This document shows, piece by piece, positions 24,828-35,766 of a DNA stretch of 64,000 bases. Numbering within the stretch: the stretch's first letter is position 1; each line of letters begins with the position of its first letter. The position numbers and the translations under genes were made by a program. The notes below the pieces were generated by a model that saw only the letters and a program-made list of their open reading frames with translations, had not been told where the DNA came from and ran no database searches. The stretch lies in NCBI GenBank assembly GCA_977862235.1, contig OZ374560.1, positions 496,001-560,000 on the forward strand. The letters are read 5' to 3'. Source of the stretch: Dudresnaya verticillata (taxonomy: Eukaryota).

Positions 24828-27146
24828 CTAATCCGATAGGACGTCAATGACCTCGTCATCGCCAAGGGGCGGTTTAGGTGCAGAAGGCGCCCGCGTCGTC
24901 ACGATGCGGCGCACCTCGCGGATGATCCGCCGACCCTGGCCACGAAGCGGTCCACGACCCCGGCGAGTACCCTCCATTGTCGTTCCTTGAGCCTCGTTGG
25001 CTGTCGTCGGGTCCACATCCATCGGCGCAACATCGCCCTCCACAGGAGCCAACTCCTCCTCTTCCTTGAGCACCAACTCAGTCTTCACGAGCACTTCGTT
25101 GGTAGGCTGCAAAGCCTCATCGGCTTGACTGGGAGCCAGCGGCGTAGATGCCCTCTCCTCCACTTGGGGAGAATCACCAGTCAAAGACTTAGCAGGCGTC
25201 TCGAGTGAAGCAGGTGCTGTGACAGATGCGGCCGAAGGGGGCGGCCCTGAGGGGACCCCAACAGGCACCTCGGCAGTGGGGCGGTTAGCCGATGCGGAAC
25301 CCGACTGTGGGTTATTCCCAGCGGGCGCGCCGCTAACGGTAGGAATCTGGCGTGGAACCACGGAGCGGAGTGGGACTCCAACTCGAGAAACCGATGGCAG
25401 GGAAGGAGGCGCCGTGACTCGCGGAGCGACGTTGGGCGCAATAGCACCAGCCGTGGCAAGGGGCTCCTCACGCGGAACCTTTGACACATCAGCCGCGGTG
25501 GATTCCCTCGCGTCGATAATCGGGAGGGGCGCTGAAGAGCCTTGGGCTGAAGAACCCGGCTTACCGTAACCGATGCCGCGGCGAACCTTAGAGCCAGGCT
25601 CTTTCTTGATTTCCACTCCAGGCTCACCTTCAGCCTTGATTCCGCCCAGCGGGGGCAACTTATTCAGGTGAGTCAAAAGGCGGTCAACCGGACCTGGAGT
25701 TCCTATGCAATGAGCCTCATACTCCGCTAGCGCGTCCTCAACCCAGTCAGCTAGACTGTTAAGGTTGAGGGAGTAGATGCCCCAATGGGCAGCAAGACGA
25801 ATAGCCAACCCACGGCGGCCAAATAGATCACGGATCTCGGCATCGGCCCGATGATGGTGTGTTAACACAGGCGCGTACGGACCTTGCGCTTCCCCGTCGA
25901 CAGTATTATCGAAAGGGGGCACCTCATCAGGGTGCTTAGGCCCTTCATCGCGCCAACGCACATTCACCCAACCCTTGGTGTAACCAGTCCGACGCTCGCC
26001 CTCATCCAGCTGGATGGGTTCACCCTCGGTGGGTAACGGTGCCATCAAATAGTCCGGAAGGACTGGGTGCCACTTGACGGCGTCGAAGTCAACCCAATCG
26101 CCGCGGTCGTACACCGGCGTCAGGTGGCCGGTGTTCTCAGGAAAATGCCTATTGCGTTTCGAGACGCCACTCCAGCGAATACGCTCGACAAATACCAAGA
26201 GTTGGTCCAAGTCTGAGGCGTCAGCCGAGTTGGCGGTGAAGGCAGCAGAGCCAATAGAACGGAGGGCCCCACGAAGTTGGACGCTGATGAAGTATAGAAA
26301 GCCCCGACGGGCTTCGTAGACGAATACTTGCGTCACTAACACAATCCACTCATGGCGGAAGATGGACCATAAGACGCTATCGTCTGCGTTGATATCCATC
26401 ATCTCCAATCCGAGATACGCAATGATGGTTGGCGTGCCGACGGGCATGGAGTAAGACACCTCCATCTCGGCATGGTCCCCTGCGACTTGAGGGTACTTAA
26501 CCCTATAGAACTCCGGACGGATAGAGGTCACCTCTTGACAGTGGGCCGGGACATAATTTCCCGTGCGATGTCGGTTGCGGCGCTCGAAGCGTATCAGGTC
26601 GGGCGGCAAGGCCGTTTGTGGGTTGTCCAGAGCGAACTTGAAATTGGACGCCTCGTCCCAACAGACCACACGAGCAGTGCTATAAGGGTAATTGTCCCTA
26701 CCGCCGCGGATCAGCGGGCGCTCGTGGGCCACCATGCCCAAGTCGAACTCACCAACGTTATGGACGTGTTGGATTTGCTCCAGCTCATAATTGAGCTTGT
26801 TACACAAGGTGGCTGTGTAGCGCACCTCGTGACGGAAGCGCGGGTGCGCTAAGTCCCACTGCCACGGACCCGTGAGGGCGGGCAGGCGACGGGTCATGCC
26901 GGTCAACAGCGCCAAACGCGCTCGAGCACGGGAATTCCAAGTGCGGCGTTGTGCCTGCCGAGCTCCATGCCGACGGATGTCGGTGCGATCAGCGCCAGCA
27001 CGCGCTTTGAGATGCGCGAGGTCGGTGCGCACTCGCCAGTCGCAGCTCTCCTTGATAGTGAAAGGCACTCCTGCCTCATCCACTTCAATACCGAGCACAC
27101 CGGTGCTTGAGCCAGCGGCCCCATAGGCCATGTGGCTATGGCTCAT
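24828..27146 (-). CDS. Intact 772-aa antisense accessory protein of element C, unknown function
   Basis: Uninterrupted ATG-stop ORF between pol and the PPT, opposite strand; shares motifs with the A and B aORFs. Confidence 0.85.
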   Translation of the reverse strand: MSHSHMAYGAAGSSTGVLGIEVDEAGVPFTIKESCDWRVRTDLAHLKARAGADRTDIRRHGARQAQRRTWNSRARARLALLTGMTRRLPALTGPWQWDLAHPRFRHEVRYTATLCNKLNYELEQIQHVHNVGEFDLGMVAHERPLIRGGRDNYPYSTARVVCWDEASNFKFALDNPQTALPPDLIRFERRNRHRTGNYVPAHCQEVTSIRPEFYRVKYPQVAGDHAEMEVSYSMPVGTPTIIAYLGLEMMDINADDSVLWSIFRHEWIVLVTQVFVYEARRGFLYFISVQLRGALRSIGSAAFTANSADASDLDQLLVFVERIRWSGVSKRNRHFPENTGHLTPVYDRGDWVDFDAVKWHPVLPDYLMAPLPTEGEPIQLDEGERRTGYTKGWVNVRWRDEGPKHPDEVPPFDNTVDGEAQGPYAPVLTHHHRADAEIRDLFGRRGLAIRLAAHWGIYSLNLNSLADWVEDALAEYEAHCIGTPGPVDRLLTHLNKLPPLGGIKAEGEPGVEIKKEPGSKVRRGIGYGKPGSSAQGSSAPLPIIDARESTAADVSKVPREEPLATAGAIAPNVAPRVTAPPSLPSVSRVGVPLRSVVPRQIPTVSGAPAGNNPQSGSASANRPTAEVPVGVPSGPPPSAASVTAPASLETPAKSLTGDSPQVEERASTPLAPSQADEALQPTNEVLVKTELVLKEEEELAPVEGDVAPMDVDPTTANEAQGTTMEGTRRGRGPLRGQGRRIIREVRRIVTTRAPSAPKPPLGDDEVIDVLSD

Positions 27147-27671
27147 CTTGGCACCACGGGGTGAACAGGTCTTCTATCCAGCCACAGTGGCTATTCTTGA
27201 CTATTGCGCACGTGACGGCCCGGCCGTAGGAAGAGGTGCACGGATGGCGACAGGGTACAGCGGGTCCCGCTACTGCAACGTGCACAGACCGCCGCAACCG
27301 AAGAGGGACGCGAAACCTAGATGGGTCGCCGAACAAAAGCACGAAGGTGTTGGAGATGGTAGTGCGAAGTGGGGATGTGCACAGGGCACGTGAGCGGACG
27401 CCGCTGTGATGCCGCTGAAGTATGCACCGCTTGGGGCTTTCCGCGCGAAGACACAAACGGTTCGGCACAATAATGAGACGGGCGCCGTCGAGACTGGGAC
27501 GGCCAAGCAAGTGATTTGTCACTACTGTGAATCGTTTCACAAACTGCCGCCTGTGGCGGCGGTTACAAGTGAGCCGTTGGCCCAATACCCCACTGGGATT
27601 TCAAGCTCGCCCAAGACGGGGCCGATAGAAACAGCCTTGCTGGCATCGCCTCAGCCTTAACGAGGGGGGTG

Positions 27672-28315
27672 TGTGGAATAATGAGCCGCAGCAGAAGTGC
27701 TGGCGCAGTTTAAGTCATTTGTGCGCATTAAGGTGTAAGACGCCCCCGTGCATCAAGCTGTAAGGCGCGCACAAGCGCCGTGCGCTGTAAGGGCGATGGG
27801 CCCCGCTGGCGTCCCTGGTAGCACCACAATTGATGGAAAATTGTCATTGGGTAATGTATTGTGGCCGGTCACGCGTCCTGACGCGGTACTACCACTAATC
27901 CGTATTTGTGACTGACAACAGTACAATTAGATTAATAAGTACAGCTAGAATAGCTTAGAATAGCTCATGGAGGTTAGAGCATTTTCGGCTCTGTATACTT
28001 AATAGGCCCCTGAGTAGCAGGGGCCTCCTGAATAGAACCCACGGTGGGTTTCGGGTCTTTACCATTTTTCTGAAATACACGGACTCACCGTAACCTCCTT
28101 TTCAGGTGGTTTACGAGCCTTGCCTCCACATGACGGTTGCTCTGTGCGAGCTGGGTGGCGCCGCCCCTTTTCCCCTTTTCCCTTAGGCTCCGTGCCTTTC
28201 AAAGTCTCTACCAATCCCCTTTTCTCGAGCTACCTAAGCTAGTGTGTTGTGCACCGTCAGGACAGCTGTCCTTGCCGGTTGGCGGGTTTCTGCCTTGACG
28301 GGCCATACTACTACA
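27672..28315 (+). repeat. 3' LTR of element C (644 bp, TG...CA)
   Basis: Starts TGTGGAATAATGAGCCG after the PPT and ends CTACTACA. Confidence 0.87.
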
Positions 28316-29144
28316 GATACATAATGCGTACTCTAAAGCGTTTATTGCTCCAACAATAATTGCAGGATTTAAGAAAAGTGGCGTTTGGGATGCCAGTTTG
28401 GGCAAGACCAACATACGGCCGTTGATAGGGAAGGTCACCATCAATGCGGAAAGTAATGCGGTTAGTCTGGCCAACTACTCATGTAGTTCAAGAATAAGGG
28501 TAGAACACTGCTTTGAGATGCCAACGTGGAGCACGAGGGCAGGATTCGCGTTGAGACACGTCGCGGTGCTCATTTGACCGCTGATCTTGTTCTACGCGCT
28601 CTCGAGAAGCGTGAAGAGAAGCGCAGGCGTGAGATGGATAAGAAGGCCAAATCAAGCAATCATGATACCGATGACGACGTCAGAGAGCCAATCGCTGATG
28701 TCAGGCGTTATGCCGAACTGGCTGACAAGCGTTTTGAGCAGCGAAAGCGGCTGCGGGACTCTCGAGCAGGCTGCAGAGTTCGAAGGAGGACTGCCGTTGC
28801 GGCAGGAGCAGGCAGAACCAGTTGCGCGACGAGCCACGGCGCGCGTGAAGCGCCGGGCGCCTGATATAAATTGGATATGTTTTGCGGGCCATGGAGAATC
28901 CGTTTGTTGTCGATTTTGGCAATCCTTCGTTTCTGACCCGCAAAAGCTCATTGCAATAGTAAACTTCATGGCCGTGCTATTCATCCTATCCATGAGCTTC
29001 TTGTATATGCATAACATGATTGTGTTAGCTTTTTAATGCACTTAAAAAGGTAAACATTGAGGCATTACTTGCTGAGATATGGCTCCTTTCCTGCCAAGGA
29101 CGCACAAAAGAGAGATTTCTGTCGAATTAGGAGTTGGACTTTTA
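28316..29144 (+). mobile_element. 3' half of a pogo/Fot1-like (Tc1-mariner, DDE_1) DNA transposon, interrupted by element C
   Basis: Immediately after the LTR: IHNAYSKAFIAPTIIAGFKKSGVWD (end-of-DDE_1 motif), then GAHLTADLVLRALEKREEKRRR (typical charged tail); candidate terminus ...CTGTCGAATTAGGAGTTGGACTTT-TA at 29144. Confidence 0.65.
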
Positions 29145-30046
29145 CCAGCGGTTGGAACAGAAACGTCCGAGCTGGGCAGGATGGAAGGAATAATGATTTG
29201 AGGGGTTTGGCAGCGCCCTCGCTGTGAATCGTAGAAGTCCAGTTTCTTCTGGCCTCCCAGTAGTCATCAGTGGGTAAGTAGTTAGGGTTTCCTGCGGTTC
29301 GTCTTGCTTCAACAAAGTTGTGGTGATGATTATGAGCGTTTGTTGAAAATCGCTCCTTCTGAGGCTGAGGCTATCGCATTTATCTTGCCTGACATACCCC
29401 GGGCTGGGTTGAGCAAGTGAAGGTACAGCACCCGTAGGATGTGCAGTAGAGGTTGACTCGTCATGGGATTTGCATTGATTGCTGTGGATCTTCCAGCTGA
29501 GACTTACTTGGAAGAACACGACCACAGCTTCTAAACGAAGATGCTGTACTTGGGTGTGGTGGGGAGACGATGATCGGGAGTTGGGGGTCGCTCAGGTGGT
29601 CGGTGAATCAGTGCCGTCGTTGCGCGGGAAAGGGAAGGTGCACCGAAGGACCCGCGAAGACCCCAGAATATCTCTCGGTCACGCCTTTCTACGCAGTAAG
29701 CCGTACATTACAGCGCGCTCCGGAAATAGCGCCTCTCGAGAGGCAGTCAAAAACTGCGGAGTGAGAGCGGCGCTGCCGGGGCGAAAGCCGCGCCGGTCGT
29801 CCACGCACACGCCGCGCGCGGTGGCCACGGACTTCCAAAATGTCGCGCTTGCATGGCCCGAGTCTTTGCGTTCAGCCCAAGCTCTCGCTGCCCTGCGTGC
29901 GCCTCCCTATTTAAGCCATCGCGCATCTCTCGCACCAACCTTTTCGTACCCCTCCCCGCTCCCCACCCCACATCACAACATCCCCCGCGCACAAGACGGA
30001 CGCGCCCTCCTCCCGCCCGCCACCGCCACCTCTCTCGCACCCGTGC

Positions 30047-30835
30047 ATGTCTGCCTCGCGCATCTCTCGTGGCGGCCGCCGGGGCGTCCGCGCCACAGCC
30101 AAGAAGCCCGCTAAAGCACCGTCGCTCGGCGATGAGGTCGAGATCTTGTGGCCAGCCGAGGACAAGTTTTTCCGTGGCGCATTGGCCCGCGCCAACCAGG
30201 TCCTGCCCTACTCCTTTGTCGTCGCGTATCGTGACGGCGACCGCGAGGTCGTCGACCTTGACCGCGAGACCTGGCGCTATGCCGGACACACCCGCCGCCG
30301 CTCCTCCATCCTTTCCTTTGCACCAGGAGATGCCTCACGTCTTTGGGGTCCCGTCAAACTTGATACCCGCACGGCCTGGCTCACAGCTGCTGCTGCTAGG
30401 GCCCGCTCCGCTCTCGCCGTGGAGAAAAGGGAAAGTCAAGATGGCCCCATCTCAAGACCCGGAAGGAGTGCCGCTGCTGACAAAAAACAGACGGGGGCTT
30501 CTCGCGGAAATAGTGCCTTGAGGACGAAGAGGGCGTCCAAGGTCGGCAGGGAGGGCCCTAGGGTCGCAGCCGCACAAGGTAAACGGAAAGTCTCGTCACC
30601 TCCCACCTCCAGTTTGGAAGTGGGTGTCAGTAGGTCTGTGAGGAAGAGCCGTTCGAGAAGAGTTATTTTTGTTCCGGATAAGATGCAACAAGTCGCAGAT
30701 GAATGCGAAGACGAACGAGATAATGGCAACGGGGTTTCACTTTCAATTGATGACGTTGATGAGGAGAAACAGGATAAAATACTCCCGATCAAGGCCAGGC
30801 TAAAGCGATGTTCCATTGGATCTTGCCCTCGCTGA
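30047..30835 (+). CDS. Tudor-like domain protein (PDS5/MSH6-type Tudor) with basic disordered tail
   Basis: LGDEVEILWPAEDKFFRGAL..FVVAYRDGDREVVDLDRETW; TATA-like TATTTAA at about 29908. Confidence 0.75.
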   Translation: MSASRISRGGRRGVRATAKKPAKAPSLGDEVEILWPAEDKFFRGALARANQVLPYSFVVAYRDGDREVVDLDRETWRYAGHTRRRSSILSFAPGDASRLWGPVKLDTRTAWLTAAAARARSALAVEKRESQDGPISRPGRSAAADKKQTGASRGNSALRTKRASKVGREGPRVAAAQGKRKVSSPPTSSLEVGVSRSVRKSRSRRVIFVPDKMQQVADECEDERDNGNGVSLSIDDVDEEKQDKILPIKARLKRCSIGSCPR

Positions 30836-31489
30836 GCCTTGCTCTATAACTACCTTATGCATGCTGTGTCCATCGAGGCTGCTCGAGTTGCTGACTGATC
30901 AGTTCTTGGACCGCCCCCGTCTCTCTGCAGATGCATGTCAATCCCTACGAGGGCTTTTCCAAATTTATGGCCTCCTCGGGCCAGCATGTTTGAGTTTGTA
31001 TGTCTCAGCCGTCACTGGGATACATCGTGCGATAGTTGTGCTTGTGGCGTTGAATGCATGCATCATCATCGGAACATGGCTACTTGGAAAACTCACGTGA
31101 AGCGATCAAAAAGATCTTTCTGATGCCTCCACTTACTTTCGGGTTGGTCAGACGGTGGTGCCGGAACTACACCAACCATAGTGGTCTGGAACACGAACAC
31201 GGATTGGAGGTTCAGGACGATTGATAAGGAGTGGGACCAAGGATTGTGCTCATCCGCAATGAGGAAGTGGAACAAGTGCCATCGTACGTTTTGCTTCATT
31301 TACTTCAGGCTTCGCAGCTAGTGGACTCAGCAGTACCGTTCGTTATGCTGCTTTCCCTGCATGTGTTTACGGAATTACTGGACATCTGCTGCATTCACGT
31401 CTGGTCTCTGAAGCCTGGCAACTGAAGCCTGAGTACTGAGTGCATATGTCGTGCTTTCCAAGATTCATGGAGATGCCTCAATCTTGGAT

Positions 31490-31714
31490 TCGAAACATAT
31501 GCTCGTAGCACCTGTTGTCAAAGCATCATGTTTTGCTTGCTACAGTATTGTGAGCAAGAAGTCGACAGACGTATGTCAACTTGATCACATGAGAATCTCG
31601 AAATTATTGCTCGCAGCATCGATTGTCAGAGCATCATGTTTTGCTTGCTTCAGTATTGCGAGCAATAAGTCGGCAGGCCTATGTCGACTTGATCACATGA
31701 GAATCTCGAAATCA
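31490..31714. repeat. Two-copy tandem duplication, unit about 108 bp
   Basis: AGCATCATGTTTTGCTTGCT...ACTTGATCACATGAGAATCTCGAAAT occurs twice in tandem, followed by (GA)n. Confidence 0.9.
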
Positions 31715-34659
31715 GGTAGAGAGAGAGAGAGAAGGTCGGCATGAAGCCGAATGGGCGATCCCTACTCTCTTTGGGATCGCCAAATCCAACGATGGGATTT
31801 CTGGTCTCGGAAGCTATGTCTGCTTTCGTACTATTGTTTCCATTTCTGGCAATGGCACAGCAATGGCACAAGCTTTTGGGTGGACGGACAGCCCCGCCCC
31901 GGAAAATTACTGAGTTCGAGAATCTCACTCTGTCTGGCGGTGGATGTGAACTGGACACCCACGTTTATTTTTTTGAGCATGCATGCAGATTACTCAAGGA
32001 TACGTTAATCATGGACCCCATATCTCACCATGGGCTTGACCTGGATGAGCTGGTATTGGTGTTTCTTTGCGCATAAGACGAGGACAGGCAGTCGGGCCTT
32101 CTGACCTACAATGACGAAAGCTCGTCCGATGTGTGCAAATCATCGGTCGATCCCTGTACGCCGGAGTAATCGGATTCACTCTCTCATTTGTTCCAGAGTC
32201 GACTGCTTGATTAGAGGGTCACAGAGTTTGAGGAAGCCTATTAACACGTTTGATGATTTACCGTCGTCTTCCTCAGTAGCCTTGGGAATAGCATGATACT
32301 GCTGCTTGATTTTGCTTCCAGCTCGGTTCTCGGTGGTCAGCTCTGCCCCGCAATCGAATTTGGAGGAGAAGAGGACGCGAACGACACTTCAACCGCGTGA
32401 TTTGCCGAGCCTCTGCTTTGTTGGCGACAACTGTGAACATTGAAAGCCTGGAGCGGAACATATCGTTCAGTGCGTTAACACCATACAAGAGTATGTGTGC
32501 GGGCGAGATTGCCGCTATGTTGTTTACAATTGTCAAAGACAATGCCATTCGTTCTCAGCAATTCCCCGTTGGGACTTTGTTTACGAAGGGTATGCTCTTC
32601 GAGTAGCTCGGGTCGAGCTGGATCCTTTGGACGCAGGGAAATATTTTCTCTGCGTATACGAACAGGGCGGGGTGACTGCTAACAAAGAGAGAGAGAGAGA
32701 GGGAGAGAGAGATCAACTTTACCCAGGAATGTCAAGCATGGTGGGATTGGTCCCCCTTCGCTTGGCAAGGAGCGGAGCGAGCTGTTGGAAGGCGGTACGG
32801 CATGCCGGGTCGATGCTGTCCACCGTGAACGTGGAACCAAAGCGGATGAAACGTAACAGAATGTGGTACTTGAGGCGCTTGTTCCTCTCGGCGACTTGAG
32901 AAGCGTCTGGCGCACGGGCTTCCAGAAAGTTCCAAAGCGGGAAAATCAATAATGATTCATGATGCCTCTCACAACAGCCACTTGTCTTCCCAAAATTACC
33001 GTTTTCCAACGTTATGGAGTTTTCCATTACGTTGGAAAATCTCAAGTTTCAGTTCTCAGTCGATCTCACCCTTGCATCACCTGTGTGGGGAGCCGAAAGG
33101 GGGTCGCATAAGGGGACGAGACTACAAGGACTGGGGGCGCTGAGCAGGCGCCGACGGTTCCAGGGCTGCATATTGGAGCACAAACGAAACTAGACGAGTG
33201 AGGAGAGAATTATTCGCGCCTTTGTTGTCTTGTCTAGCCGTGCCGAAGGGTAGGGTGACTCGCCGGGAAGTTGCTTCATTGTTTGTTTAGAGCGGTTCCT
33301 GTCCAGCTACCTAGCCGGGCCAAGGCACACACTGTTCTACTATGGCTCAAGGTAGCGCACACCGCACACTGTTCAAGCATTACTCCGGGCATGGTTCTAC
33401 TAAGTACGGTTCTTAGGTAGTGTCTATTCAGGGCGACAAGGATGGAGGCTACTACGCTTCCGGGGAAACAGAATTTATTATTTGGGAATGTACACGTAGG
33501 AAGACGTTGCTGCCCGTGCTGAGGACCAACATCGCAGCATCAGCGCCACTGCTTAACTTAACTTCGATGGGGAACTTTATGGTAGGGTTCGTGACATGGG
33601 CGTGCGACGCAGCCAGCATACCAGTGAACGGGAAGGATACCGTCACTGCTCACAGTAAAAACTGTACTGTTCGCCATGCCACAACCGCAGAGTAAAAGGT
33701 AAAAGGGTGTCTGTAGATACCTACTGAAGTAGGATGTTAAGTAGGGAGCATCACAGCACTACACCAAGCAAAGCCACACTGAAGCGGCAATAGCTTAGTG
33801 GTTTCTTTTTGCTTGGTCCGCCATGGAGGTCGTGGGATCGGGTCCCGCGGGTGTGTGCACGTGCGAAGCTGGAGAGTAGTCTACAGTGTCGCAGTCGTTT
33901 GCGTATCCAGTGGGTCCACCCAAGCTCCCTCCGGGGTCCCGGAGGACAACTTCATCCAAGATCACAGAGCGTTCTACACTGCTGATGGCCGCTCGGCGGC
34001 TGCAATCTCTGCTCAGATTACGAGGCGAGGGTGCTTTTGCTTACTGACCAATTTGACCGACACGTTCTGTCATCTTAAACATTCAATTGGTACAATGTAA
34101 ACATGTATCTTCGATATATTTCATTAAAGGTCATTGAAACTATGTGATGCAAACTCTTGAAAATAGCTGCGTTGTTAAACTGTATGTTTGAGCGACTAGG
34201 TTGTTGAATAGACGTGAGTTGTGTGATGACGTGCCAGCAAATCCCAAGAAGCAGTTCTCGTGTACACATTTTTGTCGGAATCTGTCAAGAAAGGGGCACA
34301 TCATTTTTGCCAAGTCCGGAATGATTCACGGAATAGAATATCTTTCGGACTGACTGTACGACGGGTTCCAGGATGTGCACTGACAAGTCACCGTCAACGA
34401 AATCGGCATTTCGGTCCCGTCCCGCTGTGCTCTGCTCATACTCGATGCTGGAAGATTTACGCCTTGGACGACCAGGATTTTGTGTACGGAAAAGGACATA
34501 TACATCGCGGGTATTTCTCGCCCTGCTGCGTTGCCAAGCTGAAAAGGACTACGTGACATGTCCTCCTAGCCCTCCGCAGAACCCAAAAGGCCTAATACAC
34601 CGCACCTAAGCTATCCTTCTCACCCTCGATCTATAGCAGGCGCGCTTTCGTATTCAAAA

Positions 34660-35766
34660 ATGTCGTGTCTACCTGCTACCCGACATTCTTTTAAACGCCA
34701 ATTCTCTCTGAGGGATTTCATTGAGCAACAACATCCACATACTATTATTCTGTCCGGGTTTTCTGTTGACCAGAGCTACAGAAATCGCACCGGCGGGTAC
34801 AGGCCAAAGCACTCCTGTATTCCAGAGAGACGAAGCAATGTCAAGCGGGCCAGACCAGCAGAATGTAAAACGAGAAAAAACTGGACCAGTTATGGAACGA
34901 GGTTTTGCCCGTTCGGAACGGCAAGAGCCGATGATCGCCGAGCTAAAAAGAAACCAAGACTTTCGGGGCAGCATCAAAGGCCTTCAAAGCCCTCCAGGAT
35001 TTCCCGAGAGTATTGCGAAGATTTCAGGAAGCGGATGCAAGCGTTTGGGAAGACCGTCAGAAGTGACAAAAAGAATGAGGGAACTACTCTTGCGCACGTT
35101 TCACGGCGCTTGCGTACACATCTTATCCCTGCTATCAACTTTAGCAATGAAAGGAAAGGAAAAGAAAAGAGCTTTGTCGGAAGCCCAAGCTCGAATGAGA
35201 ATGCCAACAGCAAGATATCCAACAGGAACTACAACGAATCTACAGCAAGGAGGTTAGGTAGTCTTGGAAGGCTTCCTCACAGTACACACTCCAGTCTTCA
35301 CAATAGAAAGCTAAATCAAACAGCGCCTGAAGCAAAACCGGTTATTGTGCGAAAGTCAAAAATCCATGGACATGGGCTTTTCGCACTTCAAAACATTCGA
35401 AAGGACGAGTTTGTCATTGCGTATGGAGGCAAAGTCATCAGCGTGGCAGATGCAGATGCTATAGAAGAAAAATACAAGGAAATGGGCATAGACGAGTGCT
35501 ATTTGTTCAGCCTCAATAACGAGACCATCTTGGATGCAACGACAAGCGACACACCTGCCAGGTTTATCAACCATTCTTGTTCCCCGAATCTTGAGGCAAG
35601 GGTGACAGGCTCCTCAGATAATCCCGAGTTGCATTTCTTCAGTTTACAGAATATTGAGAAAGGGAATGAGCTCTCAATTCGATACAACTTTGAAATATCG
35701 AGTGACGGGCAGAGCAAGGTTAAGTGCTTATGTGGTCATCCGAATTGCGATAAGTTTCTTGACTAG
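34660..35766 (+). CDS. SET-domain histone lysine methyltransferase, SET1/Trithorax-like C-terminus with post-SET
   Basis: KSKIHGHGLFA, YLF..DAT, ARFINHSCSPN, ELSIRYNF, post-SET CLCGHPNC; GTARAD resembles the G-x-ARxE (WIN-type) motif. The 5' end is uncertain. Confidence 0.9.
   Translation: MSCLPATRHSFKRQFSLRDFIEQQHPHTIILSGFSVDQSYRNRTGGYRPKHSCIPERRSNVKRARPAECKTRKNWTSYGTRFCPFGTARADDRRAKKKPRLSGQHQRPSKPSRISREYCEDFRKRMQAFGKTVRSDKKNEGTTLAHVSRRLRTHLIPAINFSNERKGKEKSFVGSPSSNENANSKISNRNYNESTARRLGSLGRLPHSTHSSLHNRKLNQTAPEAKPVIVRKSKIHGHGLFALQNIRKDEFVIAYGGKVISVADADAIEEKYKEMGIDECYLFSLNNETILDATTSDTPARFINHSCSPNLEARVTGSSDNPELHFFSLQNIEKGNELSIRYNFEISSDGQSKVKCLCGHPNCDKFLD

Larger units (their letters stand above)
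16342..28315 (+). mobile_element. Chromodomain-bearing Ty3/Gypsy element C (5' LTR absent, intact antisense accessory ORF)
   Basis: gag - PR - RT - RH - IN - chromodomain - tandem repeats - antisense ORF - PPT (AACGAGGGGGGTG, 27659-27671) - LTR. Confidence 0.95.

Noticed and set aside
7022..28315. B+C as one transposed composite with inverted TGTAGT/ACTACA ends
   Set aside because: No target-site duplication (TGTGG vs GATAC).
16342..28315. CGCTA/TAGCG or CGCGTC as a dispersed family motif in C
   Set aside because: Eye counts are only modestly above chance; not supportable without computation.
33763..33817. Inverted repeat ACCAAGCAAA/TTTGCTTGGT
   Set aside because: Short imperfect stem, compatible with chance.
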